Shown: piece after piece, positions 1 to 13,126 of the stretch
Position numbering within the stretch: the stretch's first letter is position 1
Layout: every line of letters begins with the position of its first letter
DNA from: the human T2T-CHM13v2.0 reference genome, Homo sapiens
NCBI RefSeq assembly: GCF_009914755.1
Contig: NC_060932.1
Reading direction: 5' to 3' (one strand)
Length of the DNA: 64,000 bases
Program-made: the position numbers and the translations under genes
The notes under the pieces: model-generated
Database searches by the model: none
The model's input: the letters and a program-made list of their open reading frames with translations, nothing else
Told to the model about the DNA's origin: nothing

Positions 1-309
1 TGGATGGGTAAAAGAAACTAAATGCTTTCACCTTTTAAAAAGGGGAAAGTGTGGCACTGTCAGCATGGCTCAGTGCTCACTGTCATCCTGCTGCTACATC
101 ATGTGCTTGATGCACTGTCATTTGGGTGATAACATCACATTTAAGTCATGATCATTTATTCCCAGTGTCAGAGTGAAGGAGTCCTGTTCATTTGAGTTTC
201 AGTATTCCTCAAACTGGATTTCAAAAAGAATTTCTTCCAAAAGAATTCATCAAGGACTACCGTAATTTCATACCAGGAAGAAAACTGTCAAAATATGTCA
301 TGAGTCCAA

Positions 310-1350
310 CTAAAAACCTAGCTCAAACCATCATAGTCTCTCATCCAAACTACTAAATTGACTTCCTAACTAGGTTCCTGCATTGACTCTTGCTCCTCCA
401 TAGTCGGTGCTCCACACAACAGCCAGAGGGATCTTTTAAAATTAAAATTCTGTTGAAAATATAATACCCATCACAAAGCCTTTGGCAGTTTTCTCTTAGA
501 AGTGCATGCTTTTACTTAGCTTCAAGCAATAGTATCTTCTACCTGTAGGTCTTCTCTCTCCATATATAAGTCCTTCCTATCTTTTCAAATCCAGATTTTA
601 CATTCGAATATCCTTCAGGAGATGTTTAATGATCCCCCCAGCTGATAAAAGTTACCTTCTCTGAGTTTTTTATGACACAGTATTTGTATATTTTATGCCA
701 TGTATCAGTTTTCTACCTTGTATCATAGTAATTTACGTACCTTCATCCTTTCTCTACTTTGAATTTATTGAGGACAGATTCTGTGTTTTACAAATCTGCA
801 TTGGGTACTCAATAAATATTTGTGAAATAACTAAATAAATGAGCTGTGTTAAAATTAAAAAAAAAAAGAAAAAGAAGTGCATGCAATAAAAATGGCTTGC
901 TATGGCTCACAGGAACCAAGTGTGATCTGGCCTGAGTCAGTCTTTTCAACTTCCCCTCCTGCCACTCTCCCCTTTGCTGGCTTTCCTCCAAGTACACTGG
1001 GGTTTTTACTTTTCTTTGGATCTTCCTCAGGGCCTTTGCACTTGTGGTTGCCTCTACTGGGCACTTCATATTCCCCCAGATTTTTGCCTGACTCCCCTAC
1101 TTCATTTATGATCAACATGTAATCACTCCCTCATTCTTTCCTTATTCTCTATCCCTTACCATGCTTTATTTTTCTTCATGACCCTTATATATCTTAGATC
1201 ATAATATATATTTATTTGTTGGCTTATTTCCTGCCTTCCTGTCTAGAGTGTAACCTTCTTGAGAGCAGTGACATTGTCTTTTTCATACTGCATCCCATGC
1301 CTGTAGTGTCTGGCACAGAACAGGTTTTTGATTAATAGTCTTTGAATGGG
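310..1350 (+). mobile_element. LINE-2 (L2) 3' fragment, split by an insertion at 510-872
   Basis: L2-like motifs 'cagccagagggatcttttaaaa', 'tgatctggcc', 'cctcagggcctttgcac' and 'tagtgtctggcacag' occur in colinear order. Confidence 0.7.
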
Positions 1351-1413
1351 TGAAAGAGAATAGAGGTATCTGGCATAGTCGGGGGTCAAGTCAGCCTGAG
1401 GTCAAATCCAAAT

Positions 1414-2436
1414 CTTGTAGATTCGGGATATTAATCATTTGTTAGATACATAGTTTGCAAATATTTTCTCCAATTCTGTAGGTTGTCTCCTCACTCTATT
1501 GATTATTTCTGTTGCTTTGCAGAAGCTTTTTATTTAAATTAAGTCCCAGTTGTCTGCAAGGAACTTAGACAAGAACAACAACAAAAAACAATCCCATTAA
1601 AAGGGGGCTTTAAAGTACACGAACAGACATTTCTCAAAAGAAGATATGCAAGTTGTCAACAAACATGAAAAAATGCACACCATCAGTAATCAGAGACATG
1701 CAAATTAAAACCACAATGCAATACCATTTTATACCAGTCAGAATAGTTATTATTAAAAAGTCACACACACAAAAAAACCCAACAGATGTTGATGAGGATG
1801 CAGAAAAAACAGAACCATTATACATTGTTGGTGGGAAGGTAAATTAGTACAACCCCTATGGAAAACAGTGTGGAGATTTCTCAAAGAGCCAAAAATAGAA
1901 CTACTATTCAATCCAGTAATCCCACCACCAGATATCTACACAAAAGAAAACAAATCATTTTATTAAAAAAGAGATACCTGTACTCATATATTTATCACAG
2001 TACTATTCACAATAGCAAAGTCATGGCATCAGCACCTAAGTGTCCATCATGGAGGACTGGATAAGGAAAGTGTGGCATATATACCACAGAATACAACTCA
2101 ACCGCAAAACAGAATGAAATCATGTCTTTTGCATCAACAGGTATGAACCTGGAGGCCATTATCCTAAGTGAAAGAACTCAGAAACAGAAAGTCAAGTATC
2201 ACGTTCTCACTTATGAGTGAGAGATAAACAATGGGTGTACATAGACAAGATGGAAATAATGCACTCTGAGGACCCCAAAAGCACAGAGGATGGGAGGGGT
2301 TTGAGGTTTGAAAAATTACATAGTATGTACAGTGTTCGCTATTCAGGCAATGGTCACACTAAAAGCCCAGACTCACCACTACACAGTATATCAATGGAAC
2401 AAAACTGTACTTGTACCTCTTAAATATATTTTAAAA
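1414..2436 (+). mobile_element. 5'-truncated L1 (L1PB/L1MA-type) with 5' inversion (1414-1554 inverted, 1557-2436 sense)
   Basis: L1 ORF2-end/3'UTR motifs 'aacagacatttctcaaaagaagatat' and 'tattcacaatagcaaag'; the inverted part is the reverse complement of the immediately upstream L1 segment. Confidence 0.85.
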
Positions 2437-2447
2437 ATCCATACTTT

Positions 2448-2757
<310 letters not shown>

Positions 2758-3376
2758 TTACTAGTGGGCGATTATTGGAATATGAAGCATTTCAGTTTAA
2801 CTTTGTAAGCTTTAGTCTTTGTGTTTTAAAATGTGTCTGATGCTGTCTTCTTCATAGTTTGTTAGGAGCACTAAATGAATAGTAGAAAGCCTGCCAGAAA
2901 GTGATTTAGTCTGAATCTATAAAGCTGTTTCTGAGCACTGACTGTAAAGTGCACTAGAAGCTCAAATTTTTAGGTTTTGTCATTTTGTGACAGGTTGATG
3001 TGGAACTCGAGGGGTTGGCCAAAGCCCTCAGAGGGTTGTAGGCCATGAAAGTTCGAGAACCACTGGGCCATGTCCATGCAAAATGAAAAATAGTTAAATT
3101 GAAAAACAGATGTCCTTGTGCCTCCTAATTCCCAGCAGGGGCTCTTGTCTGAAGCCTGAGATGGCTCCTTGGGTTTCTGTGAATGTTGTCAAGGGCGCCA
3201 AGGATGCCGGACTTGCATTTAGATGCCCAAGCCTCTGTGCTGGAAATGATGGGAAAAAATAGGAACTCTTGAACTTGAGCAAGTATTAGAATATGTGAGG
3301 TAATGGAGAAGCCTCCTCCCTCATGCCCGTGCTCTTGTCAGGCCTGTTTGTTAAGGTCCAGGCCCCACTTCCCACT

Positions 3377-3904
3377 TTTTTTATATTATTATTATACTTT
3401 AAGTTTTAGGGTACATGTGCACAACGAGCAGGTTTGTTACATATGTATACATGTGCCATGTTGGTGTGCTGCACCCGTTAACTTGTCATTTAGCATTAGG
3501 TATATCTCCTAATGCTATTCCTCCCCCTCCCCCTACCCCACAACAGTCCCTGGTGTGTGATGTTCCCCTTCCTGTGTCCATGTGCTCTCATTGTTCAATT
3601 CCCACCTATGAGTGGGAACATGCGGTGTTTGGTTTTTTGTCCTTGCGATAGTTTGCTGAGAATGATGGTTTCCAGCTTCATCCATGTCCCTACAAAGGAC
3701 ATGAACTCATCATTTTTTATGGCTGCATAGTAACAGCAGGTTCTGGAGAGGATGTGGAGAAATAGGAACACTTTTACACTGTTGGTGGGGCTGTAAACTA
3801 GTTCAACCATTGTGGAAGTCGGTGTGGCAATTCCTCAGGGATCTAGAACTAGAAATACACGTATGTTTATTGCGGCACTATTCACAATAGCGAAGACTTG
3901 GAAC
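3377..3904 (-). mobile_element. Young L1PA 3' end with twin-priming inversion
   Basis: T-rich tail then 'tatactttaagttttagggtacatgtgcacaac' (L1PA 3' end, minus strand) to ~3732, then plus-strand L1 'ggagaggatgtggagaaataggaacac...gacttggaacc'; 16-bp TSD cccacttcccactttt. Confidence 0.95.
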
Positions 3905-4393
3905 CCACTTCCCACTTTTGTTTCCTTTAATTGCCCTTATGAGACCACATCCAAAATCCCAAGTCCTGCCAAGTGAATGCAGTACTTAAAGATTTGACTA
4001 CTGGATGTCTGGTCTTGGAGAAAACAGTCAAGAGCTGGAGCAAGACAGAGAGCAGCATACCTGTAATACAGCTTATTAAAATAATGCAAACACTTCTGTA
4101 ATATGTATGAGGTGCCAGGTAGTCTGCCAAGAACTTTTCATCTATTAATTTGTTTAGTCTTTACAACTGTTCACTCCACTTCCTGTTAGGGAGATAGCTG
4201 TTGTTGGACCCAATGTAGAGATGAGGAAACACTGAGGACCAGAGAGTAGGCATCCAAGGTCACAGAGTTGGGCATGCGTGGGGCAGAGCCCCAGGCTCAG
4301 GCATTCTGGATCCCAGGCCCATGTGCCTGCATGGTAGAGGGGGAGCTGGCACTAGCCCTTGTGCCCCCAAATATCCTGGCTGCATTGTTCCCC

Positions 4394-4835
4394 TGTTCTT
4401 AGTTCATTTGTGTTACTATAAAGGAATACCTGAAGCTGGGTAATTTATAAAGAAAAGAGGTTTATTTGGCTTGGAGGTCTGCAGGCTATACAAGAAGCGT
4501 GGCGCCACATCATCTGCTTCTGATGAGGGCCTTAGGAAGCTTCCACCCATGGCAGAAGGAAAAAGGAACAGATATTACATGGTGAAACAGGAAGGAAGAC
4601 AGAGCGGGGGAGATGCCAGGCTCTTTTTAACAGCCAGGTTGGCAGGGGGTGTGTGGGGAGACTCTTGTGGGAACTAATAGAGTGAAAACTCAGTCATTAC
4701 CTTGAGGATAGCACCAAGCCATTCATGAGGGATCCACCCCTATGACCCAGATACATTCCACCAGGCCCCACCTCTAACATTGGAGATTAAATTTCAACAT
4801 AAGGTATGGAGGGGACAAATATCCAAACTCTATTA
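4394..4835 (-). mobile_element. MST (MaLR) solo LTR
   Basis: 'ggaatacctgaagctgggtaatttataaagaaaagaggttt' ... 'ggggacaaatatccaaac'; 5-bp TSD tcccc on both sides. Confidence 0.9.
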
Positions 4836-5914
4836 TCCCCATAAATGGTTAAACTCCGGGAGAGACAACTATGCACCTCTCAATCCCAAGGTGAGTTGGG
4901 ATTCACGATTGGTTAAAACTTCATCAGAACCATCCACATTGGAAATCACATCTAAAACTTGAGTAATTTTATGGTTTACAAAGCATATTGACATCCTTGA
5001 TTTATTCATGTTGCCAGCTGCCCTCCGAGGCAGAGGATCTTTTCACTTTTCTCCTATTACTCAATGCCACTACTGAGCCTCTGCACTGACCCTACGGCTT
5101 CCTGTCGTACTCTCTGCAATGCTACATGTCCCTTCTAGTCTAGGGCGATCCTGGTGGAAGCATGAAGCCAGCCAGCCTCTCTCTGGTCACCACCATCACT
5201 TCATTCCTTATATATACCAGGCATGGGAATGTTTCTTTTGCTTGTTAATTTTTGTTCTTGCTCTTATCTGCATTTATCTTCCTTCCCCCAAGTGTACTGC
5301 CAGACCCTGGAGAACAGGGAGGGGAATTGTTTTTCCTTTATTATTCTTTCCTCAGTTCCTGCTGTAGAACTGTACATCTAGTCAATGCTTAATAAATGCT
5401 GGTAAGTTGAATTATCAACACTGAACGTAGAAATGCACTGTTGCCTGGCTTGTTAGTTTTGTAAGAATAGGGATAATAATAGTAGCAACTAATGTGTACA
5501 GATTTGACTATGTGACATTATTTAAGGGCTTTGCACACATTAATCCATTTAATCCTCTCCATGACCTAAAGCACTGCTATGCTGAAGTGCATTTTGCCTA
5601 TGGAGAAATGACTGGTTTTTGGGAAGCCAATGTGCAGAAGGCCTTGTTTCACTACCCCTAAAACAGTGCATGTGCAGGAGGACTGTTATTGCTGTGCTTT
5701 GGAAGGTCTGTGGATGAGGAAATGTAGAATTGCAGATTTATGGGTTGGAAGTTGATTTAGAAGACACATGTAACAGAAGTAACAATCTTATCAGACTTAC
5801 CAGTGTCTTCCACTTATTTCCTTAACTTCAGATGCTCAGGAACGACAGCACCTGCAGAATGCATCCACTGCTGAAAAATGAGAGCTATTTCTTGTTGGTA
5901 CTCTTCAGGGACAT

Positions 5915-6140
5915 TTTAGCATAGTGGTGGACTCCAGTGTTGACTTTTCTTTTCATCATCTGTTTGATCTTGGTGGATTCTTAAGAATCTCTGGACCTGA
6001 GTTTGTTCATCTGTTGATTGGGGTTCATGGTAGCCACTTCTCAAGGTTATGATTGAGGTGAAATGAGATGCTATGTGTGCAAAGGACCTGGTAGCAAGAA
6101 TGACATGGGAAGGAGGGCTTGCTCAATAAACATTGCCTGT
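5915..6140 (+). mobile_element. MIR SINE
   Basis: 'tagcatagtgg...ctctggacctgagtttgttcatctgt...ggttatgattgaggtgaaatgagat' resembles the MIR core. Confidence 0.6.
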
Positions 6141-8949
6141 TATAGTGTGCTGGCATTACCTTAAAATCCTTAATAAGCTGTAAGTTTTGGATGAGAGTCA
6201 GAAGTGTTGGGTTGGTGAAGCATTTTGCTACAGATTGCAGGCTTTTCTCCGGTGTCACAAGGCATTGAAAACGCTTGTTCGGAGACAGCCCAGAAGGGAA
6301 AAAAAAAAAAATTCTGGAAAGCCTGGCATTTTGTGCTATGTTGTGAGTAAGACATTTATAGTTATTGAGCCAAAATTTCCACTGTAATAGAAAAAGCAGT
6401 TGCTTTTAAACTTCTGGTCCAATTTAGTAATTATGGGTGAGTTAAAATGTAGGCCATTTGAATTGGATTTGGAGGATCAAGTAAGATTCTGTCCTACAGT
6501 GGGGATGACTCATAGAGGAGGTAGCTTGACATAGTGGAAATAGAAGCTGATAAGGAGCCAGGAGACCCAAGTTCCTGTCCTGGATTTGCACAAATAAACT
6601 GTAATAGCCTTTAGGCAAATTATTAAACATCTCAGTTTTCTATTATATAAAATGAGAGGGCTGTGTTTGTGAATGGATCTTTCAACATGCTTAAGGTTAT
6701 ACCAAACAGATCACTGAAAATGAAATATGTTATCTACAGTCATTAGGGAATAAAGTATTCTTGCTAGTGCAATATACTTATTTGGAGAGGATTACAACAT
6801 AAACAAGAACCAACGAGAATACATCAGTGCCAGAATGATACAGACATAAGCAGACACCTGAGGCTCTCTGATACCCGCAGGTCATTGCTATGTCCTAGGA
6901 AAACATAGCCATGCTAGTTATAAGAGTTTTCTGATGATGAGTCTTTATAAACAGAGGATTTACTGGGAACTAGAGATGGAATTTTTAAATGATTTCCATG
7001 TTATGGATGACCTGTACTTGGGCTTATGATAGCTCTGCCACATCTTGAGAAATAATTTATTGACTAAACTCGAGTTGGCAAATGTAAAAACTCATTTGGG
7101 TTAGCTAGCTTGTTTACTTGTTCTTGGCATTCTTTCTTCTTCTTATTTCAGTTGTAGGCATGAAGCCACATTTTGGGCTGATCATCTTTATAATAGGCTT
7201 ATGGTTTTATAACATCAGATTTTGAATGATAGCATTTTCTGCTCTCTGTGTTTCCTATCACCTGTAGAATTAAGATAGGTCAAATATGGAACAGATGGAT
7301 TGAATGATTCCCTAGAATTATTCACTGACATTATAAGGGTGCCTCCTGTGGCACAAATGGAAATATTTCTGAGAGTTGTAAAAATTAAATTTTTAAAAAT
7401 CGAATCCAATTTTTCTATTGACCTGCGTTAGAATTTCTGAGACATTCTATCTTCATTTCTGATTGATTTTCAATTAGCAAAGGTTCCTGCCATTTTAACT
7501 TTAAATTTCTTAGTTCCCCTTTTTCCTCCAAGTGGTTAATGATCTGTGAACAAATATTGGAGCAAATCAGAGATGCTTCAGTGTACAGTCACCCTATAGA
7601 TATTTCTGGTGTGCAAGGGAGTGAGCTACCTGGGAGATGAGGAACCTTGGTCCTAGTGTTTTCTCTGCCACCACAGAGGTATGCATCTTTGAATAAGGTC
7701 TTTTTGCCTGTTTCAGGCACCATTCTCTCATTTGTAAATTATGAGCTCCATTGATCCTATCTGGCTTCAATATTCTACCGACAATTGAGTGGGAAAAGGA
7801 AACTTTCTCTGAATCATAATCTCTCAACTTTTCTTTTCATAAATTTTCTTAAAGTGGATTATACCTATCTGTAAGTGGATAACAGCCTCCATTTATTATC
7901 CTTATTTTTATTTGGCTTTTTTTTTGACTTGCAAATTCCTTTTTGGATGGATTAGATTGAAAATCTTTGGGAGGCTCAATCAGCCCAGACAGATTTATTC
8001 ATTCTTTATTCTGGATGAAGAAGAGGAAATAGTTTAAGATAGATCTGACATGGAACATTAATTTGATTGAAGCCTTTCTGTGTGAGGAGTAATTGTAGCA
8101 TCTTCATTGTCATAATGGAGAGATTAGCATGGATTAGATTAGCTTGTGTACAAAGGTTGTACAAATTGATTGCTGTGATTTGTAGGCTGGGCTGATCTTT
8201 ATAGTCACTGGCATGACTTCTTAAGCATTATAGTCATGATTTCTTTCATGTGGTTTACATGTGGCAACAAGAAAAGCACATTTCCCTCGTTACCAAAACC
8301 TTGTGTCTCCCAATGGGAACTTGACATAGACTCAAAAACATAAGACGTGTACATATAATATTAAGGAGATGGCACTGGTCATCTGGCCTGCTGTCTGGGA
8401 TGACAGCACACATTGGCCAAAGACAGAAGAGTTCCCAAAACAGATGTTCAGAGAAGATGGCTAGAATACTGTTGAAATGTGGTCTAGAATAATTATGAAC
8501 ATAAGCCTAAAAAGGTAGCCAAGATATGGCTCTGAATTATAGCCAGTCATGGGATTATTATTTAACTCCAGTTTAGTATGTTTCCTGCCAAGTATGTGCC
8601 AGACCCTCTGAAACAGAATCTGGTTTTTGCCAGCAGTGCTTAGCAACTCTATATTTTAAGTCTAAATTCCAAAAAAAAAAGGAAGAGTAAAGAATACTAA
8701 ACTGCTTTCTGATGGGAGTAAGTTGTATTTCAAGTGGCCTCAGAAATCTTTTTCTCTAGAGGAGACTTTCTGTGGCTAAGAGGAAGAGAGTGGGCACTTC
8801 TCCCCTCCACTGAACCCACCTGGACTTGGTCTCTCTCCCAAGGCTTTCACTGCAATTGAAAGGCTTTTTCACTGCCCTAGGTCTCTCTCCTAAGGCTTTC
8901 ACTGCAATTGGTACATGTGTTCAGTGACTATTAGAACTTAAATGATCAC

Positions 8950-9415
8950 TCTCATCCCACCTCACTGATCTCATTTTCCAAATTTCTCCCTCTTGCTCTC
9001 CCATTCTAGGGAATCTGGCCTTCTTCTTGGTCTTCAGATGCACTGAACATCTTCCTGCTTGAGGATGTTTGCTGCCTTACCTTACTCTGCTGGAAAGCAA
9101 TTCCTTCCAATGGTGCAGGTCTCACTTCCTTACTTCCTTCAGATTTTCGCTCAGATACCATGTTATTCATGAGGCTTCCCTGGCCACCCCATTTAAAAGC
9201 AGCACCCCACCAGCATTCCCTATCACCCCCACCCTGCTCTGTATTACCTGATAACACTAATGACCGTCTGGCAGATTATATCTTTATTTGCATATTTATT
9301 ATCTGTATTCTGTCTTTAGAATGAAGATAGAGGCTTTATTCCAGTGACTGAAACAATGCCTGACATGTAATGGAACTCAATAAATAATTGTTGAAATAAT
9401 GAATGAATAAATGAT
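8950..9415 (+). mobile_element. L2 3' fragment
   Basis: Ends in the L2 terminus 'aatgcctgacatgtaatggaactcaataaataattgttgaaataatgaatgaat'. Confidence 0.75.
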
Positions 9416-9523
9416 TAGCCTTTAATTTGTATTCATTCGTACACATTACATTGGGGTTTTCTAGAAGACAGTATGAAAATTTCACTTAATTTGTGACTCA
9501 AGTACAGAAAGAACGATAGAGAT

Positions 9524-10025
9524 CAGAGGTTCTTAAACAACTATCCATGAACCCAACGCTGTGCTTTACAAAATTTAACGTGCATGTGAATCGACAGAGG
9601 ATCTCGTTAAAATGTGAACTGTGATTTAGTAGTCTAAATTGGGGTCTCGGGTTCTGTGTGTCCGACAGGCTCACATACGATGCGGATGTTGCTGGTTCTA
9701 AGATTGCACTTTGAGGAGAAAGACTCTAAAGTACCTGTGGAAGGGATTCAAGGGGTTCACAAAGCCAGGGTTATGAATGTCCAGTATCATTGTTATAGCA
9801 AAGAACTGAAGTGCTAGTTTCTAGAAATTTCTGGTTTATGCAATACCAATGAACAGATCATTTATTGGACATTCATTGCAGAGCTTTCAACTGTTAACTA
9901 TGCATGGTTGTTCTGTATGCAGACATAAATATAGGTATAGGAGAATTTCTTTTTCTGAGGAAATAATAGAAAATATTCATCAGTTTGTCAAAAGGATCAG
10001 TCCAAACAATGGTGACAGCCATTGT
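9524..10025. mobile_element. hAT-Charlie-type DNA transposon relic with a nested MER5-like element (~9558-9722)
   Basis: Starts 'cagaggttcttaa'; MER5-like 'gatctcgttaaaatg...gatgcggatgttgctggtt...cactttgag'; degenerate right end 'ggtgacagccattg'. Confidence 0.55.
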
Positions 10026-10709
10026 TAATGGATGATGGCATTAAACAAAAGAAACTTTAGGTATCAAACCAAAACACATCATAACCACATCGTAAAAGTA
10101 GTGACAAAACCAACACATATGTTTGCAAATACCTTGGGAAGATTGTGTTTTATAGCAATAGTTTTTTTGCTAAACAAACAACTAACTTTTAAAGTTAACA
10201 TTTGCTGGAGATGATATTTTCCCAGGGAAGTATTTAAATGCTTGGAACACACCTATCCAAAGACAAATATTTGTTTTCCCCCAGCCACTGGAAAGAGACC
10301 CCAACTGGAAACATTGTCTAGAAATGAATATTTGGAAACTCTGAGGCCCTCTATAAATGCCATTGCAGTAGCTCACTGTCCTTCTAAGCTGAGGACAAAA
10401 TGCCCTCAAAGGGGCCTTGGTGTAGAAAAGCTGTTTTCAGGCAAAAAAAAAAAAAAAAACAAAAAACACAACAGCCCATCAAGAGCTGCATAGCTTTTCA
10501 GTCAGGAAACTTACCCCCAGGTGGATGTTTCTCAGCCAAGGAGTGTGGGCAATTTAGTTTCAAAAGTAATTTGGAACAACTGAGATGTTTTATATTAAAT
10601 GGTCCTACTAAATAGACATCTAGCACAGGGCTTAGCCAAATTCTAGAAGGCCTCGCATGGTATGGTATCACGATCCTCATAATTGCTAAAAATATTACTC
10701 ATAATCATA

Positions 10710-10960
10710 ATGGCTAACAATTATTGAGTCTAAATATATGCTAGGCAAGGTGCTACTAACCTTCCATACATTTTCTTATACAATATTTATAAAACTAATT
10801 CGGATGGTACTATAAGTTTTTTTGTTTTGCAGAAAAGGAAACTAATGCATGGATATGTGATTTATATTGCTCAAGGTGACAAAATTGTTGAGTTGTAGAA
10901 TTGGGACTCAAATTCAGATATGCTGATTCCGGGGCTCATCCTGCTAATGACTGTGCTGTA
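10710..10960 (-). mobile_element. MIR SINE
   Basis: 'gctaacaattattgag...gaaaaggaaactaatgcatgga...ttgctcaaggtgacaaa...gggactcaaattcag'. Confidence 0.65.
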
Positions 10961-13126
10961 CTCATAATCATAACAAATTGATTTTTGGTGACCTTGAAAC
11001 CCTGCTTAGGAAACTAAATTTTAAGATTTTGGTTGAATTTACCCTCAGGGTGGAGAAAACACAGGTTTTCATAAACTTACTGTCATCAAATTAACTATCC
11101 TATATTATTTTTCAGAATAAACACTCACTACTTGTTAAGGAAATCATGGTGAAACTTATTCATATGAGCTAAGAGCTTCTGCATTCCCATTTCATGGAAA
11201 CGTGGATTTTCCACGTGTGGCTCTGTAGCATGGCAAAATAGCTTGGTGTGCAAAAATACCCTAGGGTAAAGATAAATGTAATTGTTTTTGAAATCAACCA
11301 CTTGTCCCTAATGCTCAATCTGTGCTTCTGAGAATTTGCCGAGTTTCAATGCTTTAATGTGTGTATTGAACAGGGCTTTCTGTTGCAAATAGCAGAATTT
11401 GCACACGCTAGTTGAATCAGAAAACAATAACGTAACAACAGATACTAATAAACACGTAGAATCTCGGAGAGTGCCAAAGAGCAGGGTTCTGGGGCTACAC
11501 AGCCACACCTTAGGACTTCTCTCTAATCATATGACTTCTCAGCACCTGTGATGCCAGGACTTGGCCTCCCAAAGCTGAGGAACCAAATGCCTCACCAACT
11601 GCTCCTGCCAGAAAACTGGTTCTCCCTGGTTTGGTGCCCATACTCTTTGAATTTTCTGGCTTTAAAAATTGGACTCATGGTGTGAGAAAATTCCAAAATG
11701 TAGGAAGATCTTCAAAGATGTTGAGCAGTCACCACGAGGAAGCTTCCAATGTTGTGTATTTCAGATCAGTGTTGTGGAGTATCTTTCCCTTTATCACACT
11801 TTTCCTTCATTTTTACTCCCTTTGATTGCTAAATCTTTACAGAGAGCAGGGACTCTGTTCATTCAGTCCCCAGAATGGCAATGTGTTAAGTCCACAAGAA
11901 GGCTTTTCGTGGACTTTTGGAGTCTGATCATAAAGGAGAAATATGTCTTAAAAAGGCAGTGGAGGTGATGTGGTGAATTTTGTGCTTAGCATTTTTAACT
12001 TGAGAAAAATGATAAGACAGGCCAGTCAACACACAATGGGCAAATGGAGATAGGTGACTGTAATTCAGAAGTGCACACAGGACTCCAGGTTTGAGTATGG
12101 GAGTTGTCCTTCAAGGATTGGCAGTTGAAGCATTGACCAGAGCATGGATGTGTTTTCTGAGCAAGAGCTGTCAATAATTAGGATAGAAAACTGAACGTGG
12201 AACCCTGAAGACCTCTCACCCTGTGCCAAAGTCCAGGTGCAGAAAAGAAAGGTGAGCTTGTGATAAAGAGCAGGCAGAGTTCAGAAGACAGCCATATTAT
12301 TTTGGTGTCATAGGGGTTAAAGGAGGCAATTCATGAGAATTGATTGCTTTTTTCTCACTCTTTATTGAGATATAGCTTCTCAAATGTAAAGCATGATTTG
12401 AAAGAGATCAGTAACAACAGTTATGCATTACATTTGAGGTGTGTTTTGTACTTTTCAAATTTGTTTTCAAATCCCCATCACTTCATTTAACTTCATTCAG
12501 ACACTTAAATTGAAAATTACTTTCTATGTGTGGTTAAAAAAATCTTGCATTATTTTTGTTTTTTTCTTTAATCTAACTTAAACATGGAAGAAAATTCAGT
12601 TGTGTGTAGTTAATCACAGGTTTGAAGAAATTACCTTAATTCTATTTTGAGAAAGAAAGAGTATCATGTGGTATACAGAGTGAAGGCTTGGATACCTCCG
12701 TTGCACAAGTTTCCTGCTTAGCTGGGACCTGGTCAGGCCACTTCACCTCCCATTTAAAACATCCTTTAGAACTAGGTATGGAGCTAATGTTTTAGATATG
12801 AAAAATAATTATTCACAGCGTGTTACTATAAAACATATGTTCATAGATTCTTACATTTGTATACAAAACAAGAAATCACAAAGCTTTATTCATGCAGAAA
12901 AAATTAATTTGAAAAAGCCCACTGTATGCCAAGAAATATTCTTGATGCTTGGAGGTTTGGGGTTGAGGTAGCAATGGGGAGATAAAATGAATATGGCTTG
13001 CTTCTTGCTTTCTGCAAAGAATTGAGTTTCGATTCTGACTTAAGAGACATAAACAAGGAAAAGTACATTCTCCATGCTGCATATGTGTGGCTTAGGCCCT
13101 GGCTTGATGAAGGGAGATTTGGTATT

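Noticed and set aside
1634-2423. ORFs resembling the L1 ORF2 C-terminus (also 3415-3810, 24420, 50932)
   Set aside because: They are frameshifted remnants of truncated L1s and cannot encode a functional protein
10443-10466. Isolated poly(A)/poly(T) runs (also 36575-36597 and 49995-50016) as retrocopy tails
   Set aside because: I could not find flanking TSDs or an attached element body
11200-11217. Small hairpin acgtgga/tccacgt, and the 12-bp palindrome ctgcccgggcag near 18582
   Set aside because: Stems of 6-7 bp are expected by chance in 64 kb
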